Source: Oscillibacter sp.
Lineage (GTDB): Bacteria; Bacillota; Clostridia; Oscillospirales; Oscillospiraceae
NCBI GenBank assembly: GCA_017527365.1
Contig: JAFXQD010000090.1
Coordinates: forward strand, 1,568-65,567
Reading direction: 5' to 3'
DNA: 64,000 bases
This document shows, piece by piece, positions 46,466 to 54,791 of the stretch (its first letter is position 1; each line of letters starts with the position of its first letter). A program made the position numbers and the translations under genes. Below the pieces are notes generated by a model. That model did not search any database. It saw only the letters and a program-made list of their open reading frames with translations, and was not told where the DNA came from.

Positions 46466-48982
46466 ATGGCGCATAACAGAGACTACCAACCGCAAGACAT
46501 CGCGTTCCCCGACCAGATAATCACGGAATCCCGGCTCGTGGACGAGATGGAAAAATCCTACATCGAATACGCCATGAGCGTCATTGTGGGCCGCGCCCTG
46601 CCCGACGTGCGCGACGGCTTGAAGCCCGTGCACCGCCGCATCCTCTACGCCATGTACGAGGACGGGCTGACCTCCGACAAGCCGTTCCGCAAGTCCGCGA
46701 CCACCGTCGGCGAGGTGCTGGGCAAGTACCACCCCCACGGCGACGCCTCCGTGTACGACGCCATGGTGCGCTTGGCGCAGGATTTTTCCATGAGGTATAT
46801 GCTCGTGGACGGCCACGGGAACTTTGGCTCCGTGGACGGAGACCCCCCCGCCGCCTACCGCTACACCGAGGCGCGGCTTTCCAAAATCTCCGGCGAAATG
46901 CTCCGCGACATCGACCGCGACACCGTGGACTGGGACCCCAACTTTGACGAGAACCGCAAGGAGCCCCGCGTGTTGCCCGCCAGATTCCCGAACCTGCTTG
47001 TCAACGGCTCTTCCGGAATCGCCGTGGGCATGGCGACCAACATCCCCCCGCACAACCTGCGGGAGGTTATCGGCGCCTGCGTCTGCGTCCTCGACAACCC
47101 CGACGCGACGCTCTCCGACTTAATGCAGCACGTCAAGGGGCCCGACTTCCCCACGCGGGGCATTATCATGGGGCGTTCCGGAATCCGCGCCGCCTACGCC
47201 ACCGGGCGCGGGAAAATCCTTGTCCGCGCCCGCCACGAGTTCGAGGAGTTCGGGCGCGACAGAACGCGAATTGTGATAACCGAGTTGCCCTATCAGGTCA
47301 ACAAGCGGCAGTTGATACGCAACATCGCCGAGCAGGTCAAGGACAAGCGGCTGGATGGCATTTCCGACCTGCGCGACGAGACCGACCGCAACGGAATGCG
47401 GATTGTTATCGAGCTCAAGAAGGACGCCAACCCGCAAGTAGTCCTGAACCGCCTGTTCGCCCAGACGGCGTTGCAGACCAGTTTCGCCGTCATCATGCTT
47501 GCGCTGGTCGACAACCAGAAACAGCCGAAAATCCTGTCCCTGCGGCGCATCATCGACGAGTACCTGACGTTCCAAGAGGGCGTGATTGTCCGCCGCACCC
47601 GCCACGATTTGGCGAAAGCCCAAGAGCGGGCGCATTTGCTGGAAGGCTTGCTAATCGCTCAGGACAACATCGACGAGGCGATACAAATCATCCGTTCCAG
47701 TTACGACAACGCCAAGGACAACCTGATGGGGCGTTTCGGGCTGGACGACACCCAAGCCCAAGCCATTTGCGACATGCGCCTGATAGCGTTGCAGGGCTTG
47801 AACCGCGAGAAGTTGCAGACCGAATACGACGAGCTGGAAAAGCAAATCGAATACTTCTGGCGCGTGCTGTCCGACCCCGCCCTTGTGCGCCAAATCCTCA
47901 AGGAAGAGCTTATCGCCATTTCCGGGCGGTTCGGCGACGACCGCCTGACCGAGATTCAAGACGTTGAGGACGATTTGGACATTGAGGACTTAATCGAAGA
48001 GGAAGAGTGCGTGTTCGCGCTCACGGAGGCGGGCTATATCAAGCGGACGCCCGTGAGCGAATACGCGGGGCAGTCGCGGGGCGGCATGGGGCGGCGCGGA
48101 ATCACCACCCGCGAGGAGGACGTTGTGACCGACGTTTTCACCGCCTCCACCCACGATTTCATTTTCTTCTTTACCGACGCCGGGAAGGTCTACCGCAAGA
48201 AGGGCTACCAGATACCGGAATCCGGCAAGGCCGCCAAGGGCGCCGCCGTCGTGAATATCCTGCCCGTGGAGCCCGGCGAGCGCGTCCAGACCATGATTCA
48301 CACCCGCAACGTCGCCGACCCCGAAAGCCGCTTCCTTGTCATGGTCACGCGCAACGGCGCCGTGAAGCGTATGCCCGCCGAGGCTCTGCGCAACGTCCGC
48401 AACCGGGGAATCCGCGCCATCGTGCTTGACGAGGGCGACTCGCTTGTAGCCGTGCGCGAGACCGACGGCACGAAAAATATCCTTATCGCCTCCCACGACG
48501 GGCAGGCGGTCTGTTTCCCGGAGACGGAGGCGCGCCCCATGGGGCGGACAGCCGTCGGCGTGCGCGGAATCCGTCTGCGCGAGGGCGATTACGTCGTCGG
48601 CGCGGACGTGGCCGCCCCCGGCGCGACCGTCCTTTCCGTCACGGAAAACGGGTTCGGCAAGCGTTCGCCGATTGAGGACTACCGCCTGACCGCCCGCGGC
48701 GGCTACGGCGTCCGCAACTACGCCGTGACCGAGAGAACCGGCAAAATTATCGGCGTGCGCGTCGTTGACGGCTCCGAGGACGTTCTGCTCATGACCCGCA
48801 ACGGAAACTTGTTGCGCACGGCGGTTCAGCGTATCAAGACCGCCGGGCGCTCTACCCAAGGCGTCATCGTCATCCGCTTCCGCGAGGACGGCGACCAGTT
48901 GATTTCCATGGCGCTGGCGTCGTCGGAGCTCGACCCGCCCGAAGAACTCCCGCCCGTCGTCTCCGACGCCCCGGCGCAGTGA
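46466..48982 (+). CDS. gyrA: DNA gyrase subunit A
   Basis: Motifs [35 protein letters not shown], the active-site Tyr region AYRYTEARL and a C-terminal beta-pinwheel. Confidence 0.95.
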   Translation: MAHNRDYQPQDIAFPDQIITESRLVDEMEKSYIEYAMSVIVGRALPDVRDGLKPVHRRILYAMYEDGLTSDKPFRKSATTVGEVLGKYHPHGDASVYDAMVRLAQDFSMRYMLVDGHGNFGSVDGDPPAAYRYTEARLSKISGEMLRDIDRDTVDWDPNFDENRKEPRVLPARFPNLLVNGSSGIAVGMATNIPPHNLREVIGACVCVLDNPDATLSDLMQHVKGPDFPTRGIIMGRSGIRAAYATGRGKILVRARHEFEEFGRDRTRIVITELPYQVNKRQLIRNIAEQVKDKRLDGISDLRDETDRNGMRIVIELKKDANPQVVLNRLFAQTALQTSFAVIMLALVDNQKQPKILSLRRIIDEYLTFQEGVIVRRTRHDLAKAQERAHLLEGLLIAQDNIDEAIQIIRSSYDNAKDNLMGRFGLDDTQAQAICDMRLIALQGLNREKLQTEYDELEKQIEYFWRVLSDPALVRQILKEELIAISGRFGDDRLTEIQDVEDDLDIEDLIEEEECVFALTEAGYIKRTPVSEYAGQSRGGMGRRGITTREEDVVTDVFTASTHDFIFFFTDAGKVYRKKGYQIPESGKAAKGAAVVNILPVEPGERVQTMIHTRNVADPESRFLVMVTRNGAVKRMPAEALRNVRNRGIRAIVLDEGDSLVAVRETDGTKNILIASHDGQAVCFPETEARPMGRTAVGVRGIRLREGDYVVGADVAAPGATVLSVTENGFGKRSPIEDYRLTARGGYGVRNYAVTERTGKIIGVRVVDGSEDVLLMTRNGNLLRTAVQRIKTAGRSTQGVIVIRFREDGDQLISMALASSELDPPEELPPVVSDAPAQ

Positions 48983-49006
48983 AATCTATAAAAGCGGGCG
49001 AATGGA

Positions 49007-49237
49007 ATGGAAACTAACCTGACGGCGGACAGCCTACGCTTTATCATTGCCCGCCTGATTGCCAACGCGGACGAATCCATCCGGGAAAGCCGCGAAAACA
49101 GGGGGGATTTGTTCAAGTCGGGGCGGAGCGAGGCGTATTACGAAATGCTCGACACGCTCAAATCGGAACTGGGCGTCCGGGGCGAAGACCTTGCCCAATA
49201 CGGGCTGAACGTCAATCTGGAACAGCGGTATATCTGA
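49007..49237 (+). CDS. hypothetical small protein
   Basis: 76-aa ORF followed by a terminator. No recognised motif. Confidence 0.3.
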   Translation: METNLTADSLRFIIARLIANADESIRESRENRGDLFKSGRSEAYYEMLDTLKSELGVRGEDLAQYGLNVNLEQRYI

Positions 49238-49267
49238 ACAGGACGGACGCCCCGCGCAACAAAGCCC

Positions 49268-49300
49268 GCCTCCCCCGCCTTCCGGGGGAGGCTTTTAAAA
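49268..49300 (+). terminator. intrinsic terminator
   Basis: Stem GCCTCCCCC/GGGGGAGGC followed by TTTTAAAAAATTTT. Confidence 0.65.
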
Positions 49301-49316
49301 AATTTTCGCAAAGCCC

Positions 49317-49345
49317 TTTACAGGCGCGAAAAAGTGTGTTATACT
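49317..49345 (+). promoter_or_regulatory. promoter for tRNA-Arg
   Basis: TTTACA, a 17-nt spacer, then TATACT, about 38 nt upstream of the tRNA. Confidence 0.55.
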
Positions 49346-49383
49346 CTTTCGCGTCCCCGGCGGACGGCTCCGCCTCCCGGCAC

Positions 49384-49460
49384 GCGCCCGTAGCTCAGTT
49401 GGATAGAGTGTCAGACTCCGACTCTGAAGGTCGTGCGTTCAAATCGCATCGGGCGTACCA
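49384..49460 (+). tRNA. tRNA-Arg (anticodon CCG)
   Basis: Hand-folded cloverleaf: acceptor GCGCCCG/CGGGCGT (G-U at pair 1-72), D arm GCTC AGTTGGATA GAGT, anticodon stem TCAGA/TCTGA with loop CTCCGAC, TTCAAAT T-loop and an encoded CCA. Confidence 0.9.
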
Positions 49461-49468
49461 ACGCGCCA

Positions 49469-49506
49469 ATTTTTCCCCGGCGGAAACCGGGGAAAAATTG
49501 TTTTTC
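49469..49506 (+). terminator. intrinsic terminator after tRNA-Arg
   Basis: Stem ATTTTTCCCCGG/CCGGGGAAAAAT followed by TGTTTTT. Confidence 0.6.
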
Positions 49507-49540
49507 CCCGCAAAACGTACTTAACCACGGAGGAACGCCA

Positions 49541-50551
49541 ATGAAATTCAAACAATTCGCCGCCGTCGCCGCGGCGACCGCCCTTTTCGCCGCCACGGGC
49601 TACTTGGGCGTCAAATCCGCCGCAAACGTCGAAATCGCCGCAGGCGCGGATTCCTTCGGCGCCCTGTCCTCTTTTATCGGCGGCGGAGCCGCCGCCGTCA
49701 TCGACCTGCCGTCAGACCCCTACCTCGCCCGCCTTGACATCGTGGGCTCTATCGGCCCCTCCTCCGCCGACCCCCTCTACGGCGCCTCCTACGGCTACGA
49801 CCACAGCCTGTATATGGAGCTGGCGGACGCGATTATGGACGACGAAAACAACAAGGGAATCCTGCTCTACGTCGATTCCCCCGGCGGCACCGTCTACGAA
49901 TCCGACGAGCTCTATTTGAAGCTCATGGAGTACCGCGAAAAAACCGGGCGCCCGATTTACGCCTATTTCGCGGCGGAAGCCTGCTCCGGCGGCTATTACG
50001 TCGCCATGGCCGCGAACGAGATTTACGCCAACCGCAACGCGTGGACGGGCTCTATCGGCGTCATTATGTCGCTCTACAACTACGAGGGGCTCGCGGAGAA
50101 AATCGGCGTGAAGGAAATCAATATCACTTCCGGGCGCAACAAGTCCATGGGCTCGGCGTGGGAGACGCTCACCGACGAACAGCGCGGAATCCTGCAAAGC
50201 CTCGTGGACGAATCCTACGGGCAGTTCGCGGACATCGTGGCGGCGGGGCGCAAGCTGGAGCGCGGGCGCGTCTTGGAGCTCGCCGACGGCAGAATCTACT
50301 CCGCCTCGCAAGCCCTCGAACTCGGACTGATTGACCACGTTCTCGGCGAACAGGACGCCCTCAAAGCGATTATAGAGAAAGCGGGGCTGGAATCGGAGGA
50401 CGACATCTACGCCCCCGAACGCCCGCAAACCCTCGGCTGGCTGAACCTCCTGTCCCGCGCAAACGCGGCGCGTCCGAAAAGCGAGCTGGAAATCTTCCGG
50501 GAAATCCTTTCCGACAAAAGAAACGGGGCGTTGATGTACTATGCGGGATAA
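49541..50551 (+). CDS. sppA: signal peptide peptidase SppA (36K type)
   Basis: N-terminal anchor, ..GILLYVDSPGGTVYES.. and the catalytic-Ser region CSGGYYVAMAANEIYA. GGAGGA SD before the ATG at 49541. Confidence 0.85.
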   Translation: MKFKQFAAVAAATALFAATGYLGVKSAANVEIAAGADSFGALSSFIGGGAAAVIDLPSDPYLARLDIVGSIGPSSADPLYGASYGYDHSLYMELADAIMDDENNKGILLYVDSPGGTVYESDELYLKLMEYREKTGRPIYAYFAAEACSGGYYVAMAANEIYANRNAWTGSIGVIMSLYNYEGLAEKIGVKEINITSGRNKSMGSAWETLTDEQRGILQSLVDESYGQFADIVAAGRKLERGRVLELADGRIYSASQALELGLIDHVLGEQDALKAIIEKAGLESEDDIYAPERPQTLGWLNLLSRANAARPKSELEIFREILSDKRNGALMYYAG

Positions 50552-51059
50552 TGTCTGTTACGCCGGGTTCGCCGTGCGCTTTTTCGCTTGGCTGGTCGAC
50601 ATGATTGTCATGTTCGTCCCGCTGGCGGTTCTCCGCTCCCTCAAGTTCGCCGCCGCCCTCGCCGACCCCTACGCGCCCCTTGTCCGCCCCGTACTCTTCC
50701 GCTATTGCCCCCTCGACATCGCCCTCTACCTCCTCCCCGCCCTCTACTTCGTGTTCATGACGTGGAGCCAAGGCGCCACGCTGGGCAAAATGCTGTTGAA
50801 ACTGGAAGTCGTCAGCGCGGAAAGCGGGCGTTTGACCTTTTGGCAAATCGTCCTCCGGGAGACTTTCGGGCGGTACCTGTCCGGGGCGTTGCTCATGATT
50901 GGCTACTTCATAATGATTCCCGACCGCGAAAAACGCGCCCTCCACGACATCTTTTCGGATACCCGCGTTGTCTACGCCGTCAAGCCGCAAACCGTCCGCG
51001 CCGTCAGACCGCAAGCCGTCGCGGAGGACGGCGGCGCGTCGGGGGAGACGCCCGCATGA
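50541..51059 (+). CDS. RDD family membrane protein
   Basis: YAGFAVRFFAWLVDMIV.. N-terminus, three hydrophobic helices and ..REKRALHDIFSDTRVV, typical of the RDD family. Confidence 0.6.
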   Translation: MRDNVCYAGFAVRFFAWLVDMIVMFVPLAVLRSLKFAAALADPYAPLVRPVLFRYCPLDIALYLLPALYFVFMTWSQGATLGKMLLKLEVVSAESGRLTFWQIVLRETFGRYLSGALLMIGYFIMIPDREKRALHDIFSDTRVVYAVKPQTVRAVRPQAVAEDGGASGETPA

Positions 51060-51493
51060 AATCCGTTGCTGTCTACACGGACGGCGCCTGTTCGGGCAAC
51101 CCCGGCCCCGGCGGCTGGGGCGCTATCCTGATTTACGGCGAACGCAGGCGCGAAATGTCCGGCGGGGAGCCGTCCACGACCAACAACCGCATGGAAATGA
51201 CCGCGATTATCTCCGCGCTGTCCGCCTTGAAGGAGCCCTGCGCCGTCGATTTGTATTCCGACAGCCGCTATGTGCTGGACGCTATCGACAAGGGCTGGGC
51301 GGCGCGTTGGCGGCGCAACGGCTGGATGAGGAACAAAAAGGAACCCGCTTTGAATCCGGACTTGTGGGAAACCCTGCTCAACCTGCTGGAAGTCCACGAC
51401 GTGCGCTGTCACTGGGTCAAGGGGCACGCCGACAACCCCCACAACAACCGTTGCGACGCGCTCGCCGTCGCCGAAAGCAAGAAGTTCCGATGA
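51056..51493 (+). CDS. rnhA: ribonuclease HI
   Basis: Motifs VYTDGACSGNPGPGGWG, TNNRMEM and WVKGHADNPHNNRCDALA. ATGA overlap with the RDD gene. Confidence 0.9.
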   Translation: MKSVAVYTDGACSGNPGPGGWGAILIYGERRREMSGGEPSTTNNRMEMTAIISALSALKEPCAVDLYSDSRYVLDAIDKGWAARWRRNGWMRNKKEPALNPDLWETLLNLLEVHDVRCHWVKGHADNPHNNRCDALAVAESKKFR

Positions 51494-51528
51494 AACAACA
51501 GTCCGCGGACGGGCGCATACCGCCACCG

Positions 51529-51613
51529 TTCACGGATTGTTTACATTTTCGGGCGGATGTTTACAGTTTGTTCACAACCCCTTCACACTTTCGCAAAATT
51601 CGCCCGCTATAAT
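51529..51613 (+). promoter_or_regulatory. array of direct TT(C/T)AC(A/G) hexamers (response-regulator/Pho-box-like) upstream of a TATAAT
   Basis: Hexamers at 51529 (TTCACG), 51540 (TTTACA), 51560 (TTTACA), 51571 (TTCACA) and 51582 (TTCACA). Spacing is 11, 20, 11 and 11 bp. TATAAT at 51608-51613. Confidence 0.35.
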
Positions 51614-51734
51614 ACGAACCATGCAAAGGGTCACTCCCAGCCCGATGCGTTTTCTCCCTCCTTCTACAATACAGACGGACGGAATCCGGTCTCCCGCCGG
51701 GTTCCGTCCGCCGCATTTGCGGGAAGTTTTTTTG

Positions 51735-51858
51735 GCAATCGCAAACTTCCCGCCCCCTCTGTCGCTGCGCGACATCTCCCCCAAAGGGGGAGAACGGAGA
51801 CAAAACGCCCGTCGTTCCCCCCTCCCCTATGGGGAGGGGGACAGGGGGAGGGGTTCTT
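51735..51858 (+). repeat. structured intergenic repeat, copy 4
   Basis: GCAATCGCAAACTTCCCGCCCCCTCTGTCGCTGCGCGACATCTCCCCCAAAGGGGGAGA...CCCCCCTCCCCTATGGGGAGGGGGACAGGGGGAGGGG. Confidence 0.85.
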
Positions 51859-52132
51859 GTTTATCCGCTCAAATATAAAAAAATTTTTCCCGCGTACCCC
51901 AAAATTCCGGAGCCCTTGCGCGAATACTATACCAGAACGCAAGAGCGGACGCGCCGCAAGCCAAAGCGAACCCGTCGGGGGCGGCGCGGGCGCGGGACGC
52001 CAAGCGGGAAAGCCGAATACCGTCCGGAAGGGTAAAACCGCGAGGCGTTGCCCGACGGCTTGAAGGTTTTGGCATATAAAAACCCATTATATCATACATG
52101 ATTTTCCCAAGAAGTCAAGGAGGAATTTTACC

Positions 52133-54649
52133 ATGAAAAAGCTGTCTTTCAAGCGGACGGTGGTTTCCGCTATCGCGCTTACCACGCTCCTGAACGCCGC
52201 GCCCGTGATTGCGAGCGCGTCTTATACGGGCGGCGTCACGCGCACGGCGGCGAACGCGAACGCGGTCAGCGTCCCCGACAGCGCGACAACCTTCACATTC
52301 TCCGACGGCGGCGTGACCGTCTCCGGAGCCGAAAGCGGCTACGCAATCGAGGGAACCGCCCTTACGATTCACGCGCCGGGCGTCTATACGATTACCGGAA
52401 CCTGCGCGGACGGCTCCGTCACGGTCAAGAAGGGCACGACGGGCGTTTCTCTGGTTCTGAAAGACCTGTCCCTTGCCTCTGCGACGACCGCGCCGCTGTC
52501 CTGCAACAAGGAAACGGGCGTCACGCTCTACGCCGTCGGCGCGGTCACGCTGTCCGACAAGGAAAGCCTCGCCGACGAGGACAGCGGCGAGTTTGAGGGC
52601 GCGGCGATTAAGGTCAAGTCCGGCGCGTCGCTCACGATTACGGGAACGGGGACGCTCAACGCCGACGGCTCCGCCTGCAAGAACGGCGTCAAGGGCGCGG
52701 CGGAATCGACCATCACGGTAGAGGGCGGCGTGACGCTCAACATCAAAGCCGCCAACAACGGGCTCGCCGACGACAACGCGCTTGTGATTAACGGCGGCAC
52801 GGTGAATATCGAAGCGGGCGGCGACGGTATCAAAGCCGAACCCGACGAGGGCGACACCGCCTCCAAGGGCGTAATCAACATCAACGGCGGAAGCGTCACG
52901 ATTCAGGCGCAAGGCGACGGAATCCAAGCGGCGGGCGACGTGACCATTACCGGGGGAACGTTCGACATCAAAACGCACGGCGGCGCGTCTTATGCGAAGC
53001 AGTTGACCGCCGACGACAGCGCCAAGGGAATCAAGTCCGACAGCAAAGTGATTATCAGCGGCGGCACGTTCGCCCTTGACAGCGCCGACGACGCCCTCCA
53101 CGCCAACGGCAACGTGACCGTCACGGGCGGAAGCTACACGATTCAGGCGGGCGACGACGCGCTCCACGCCGACTATGATTTGACCCTCGGCGAAAACGGC
53201 TCCGGGCCCGAAATCAACGTCAAGGGCAGTTACGAGGGGCTGGAAGGCGCGAGAATCTATCTCAACGGCGGCAAGGGCTCCATCACCGCGTCCGACGACG
53301 GCGTCAACGCCGCCAGCGACGTGGCCGCGAACGAAATCGCGCTCTATGTCAACGGCGGCGAGTGGGCGATTGACGCGGGCGGCGACGGGCTCGACGCCGG
53401 CGGCGACTCCCGCAACAACAGCGGCGGCAACATCTATGTCAACGGCGGCGTGACGAAAGTTTTCGGCTCCGCCAACGGCGGCAACGCCGCCCTCGACTAC
53501 GACGGAACCTGCGAATATAACGGCGGCACGCTCCTGACCGTCGACGTTAGCGGCATGAACATGCAGCCGCGCACGGGAACTTATGTCCTGTTCGGCTCCG
53601 CCTCCGGCATGGGCGGCGGCATGATGGGACGGCAAGGCATGGGCGGCATGACGGGACAGCAGACCATGGGCGGACAGCAGACCATGGGGCAAACGCCCGG
53701 CAGTATGGGCGGCGGGCGGCAGTCCGGCAACCAGCGCACAGCCGTTTTCACCGCCAACGTTAGCGCGCAAGACAGCATGGCTCGCATGGGCGGCATGACG
53801 GGACAGCAGACCATGGGGCAAATGCCCGGCAATATGGGCGGACAGCAAGCCATGGGACAGCAGAGCGGCAACATGGGACAGCAGACCATGGGGCAAGCCC
53901 CCGGCGCCATGGGCGGACAGCAGGCGGCGGCTTCTATGGGAAGCGTCTCTATCAGCAAGGGCAGTGCGATTGAGGTCAAGGACGCCGACGGCAATACGAT
54001 TATCTCCGCGACCGCAACCAAAACCGCCAACGTGGTCATGCTCTGCGACGACAGCATTGCCTCCGGCGAAACTTATACGCTCTACGTCAACGGCTCCGCC
54101 GTGGCGACGGCGGCGGCGACCTCCGGGGCGCAGGGCGGCGGCATGACGGGACAGCCCGCACAGCAAGAACAAACCTTCAACCCGGAGCAATCCTTCAACC
54201 CGGAGCAAACCGCCAATCCGGAACAGTCCTTCAACCCGGAGCAGTCCGCGCCGACAGCCCAACAGCCCCAACAGAACCAAGCCTTCAACCCCGAACAGGC
54301 GCAACCTTCCGAACAACTCCCCGGACAGCCCGCGAATAACGGCGGCATGAATCAGGCTCCCAACATGGGCGGCGCCATGCAACAAGCCCCGAACATGGGC
54401 GGCATGAATCAGGCTCCCGGCATGGGTAACGCTATGGGACAGCAGGGCATGGGCAACGCCCCTGCGGGACAGCAGAATCAGGGCTTCAACCCCGAACAGC
54501 CCATGAACAACGCCGCCATGCAACAAGCCCCGAACATGGGCGGCATGAATCAGGCTCCCGGCATGGGCGGCATGATGGAGCAAGCCCCCGGCATGGGCAT
54601 GGACGGCGAAATGCTCCCCTTGTGGATGGCTATGCTTTCCCGCCGTTAA
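52133..54649 (+). CDS. secreted beta-helix protein of the Cthe_2159-like (DUF4353, carbohydrate-binding) type with Met/Gly/Gln-rich C-terminal repeats
   Basis: AAGGAGG SD and a signal peptide. Repeated ..GG.VTI.A.GDGI.A.. turns (e.g. VINGGTVNIEAGGDGIKA, NINGGSVTIQAQGDGIQA, VTGGSYTIQAGDDALHA) are typical of the Cthe_2159 family. The low-complexity C-terminal third is described in the findings. Confidence 0.55.
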   Translation: MKKLSFKRTVVSAIALTTLLNAAPVIASASYTGGVTRTAANANAVSVPDSATTFTFSDGGVTVSGAESGYAIEGTALTIHAPGVYTITGTCADGSVTVKKGTTGVSLVLKDLSLASATTAPLSCNKETGVTLYAVGAVTLSDKESLADEDSGEFEGAAIKVKSGASLTITGTGTLNADGSACKNGVKGAAESTITVEGGVTLNIKAANNGLADDNALVINGGTVNIEAGGDGIKAEPDEGDTASKGVININGGSVTIQAQGDGIQAAGDVTITGGTFDIKTHGGASYAKQLTADDSAKGIKSDSKVIISGGTFALDSADDALHANGNVTVTGGSYTIQAGDDALHADYDLTLGENGSGPEINVKGSYEGLEGARIYLNGGKGSITASDDGVNAASDVAANEIALYVNGGEWAIDAGGDGLDAGGDSRNNSGGNIYVNGGVTKVFGSANGGNAALDYDGTCEYNGGTLLTVDVSGMNMQPRTGTYVLFGSASGMGGGMMGRQGMGGMTGQQTMGGQQTMGQTPGSMGGGRQSGNQRTAVFTANVSAQDSMARMGGMTGQQTMGQMPGNMGGQQAMGQQSGNMGQQTMGQAPGAMGGQQAAASMGSVSISKGSAIEVKDADGNTIISATATKTANVVMLCDDSIASGETYTLYVNGSAVATAAATSGAQGGGMTGQPAQQEQTFNPEQSFNPEQTANPEQSFNPEQSAPTAQQPQQNQAFNPEQAQPSEQLPGQPANNGGMNQAPNMGGAMQQAPNMGGMNQAPGMGNAMGQQGMGNAPAGQQNQGFNPEQPMNNAAMQQAPNMGGMNQAPGMGGMMEQAPGMGMDGEMLPLWMAMLSRR

Positions 54650-54683
54650 GGACGGCTGAGGAATACAATCAGAGGACGCGCAC

Positions 54684-54717
54684 AGGCGGCGGGATTTCCC
54701 GTCGCCTGACGCTTTTT
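54684..54717 (+). terminator. intrinsic terminator
   Basis: Stem AGGCGGCGGG/CCCGTCGCCT (one mismatch) followed by GACGCTTTTT. Confidence 0.5.
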
Positions 54718-54733
54718 CCATGTCGAAATTTTG

Positions 54734-54762
54734 TTGCCAAGGGGGGAAAAACGTGGTATAAT
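54734..54762 (+). promoter_or_regulatory. extended -10 promoter of the TIR-Sel1 gene
   Basis: TTGCCA, a 17-nt spacer, then TGgTATAAT, about 30 nt upstream of the ATG at 54792. Confidence 0.6.
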
Positions 54763-54791
54763 AGAAAATACGAAAGAAAGGGGCGGTCGGC

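Noticed and set aside
51860-52132. Riboswitch upstream of the beta-helix protein gene (GC-rich segment ..GAGCGGACGCGCCGCAAGCCAAAGCGAACCC..CCGGAAGGGTAAAACC..)
   Set aside because: It has some resemblance to glycine or c-di-GMP aptamer fragments, but I could not assemble a complete consensus by eye. An Rfam scan would be needed before any claim.
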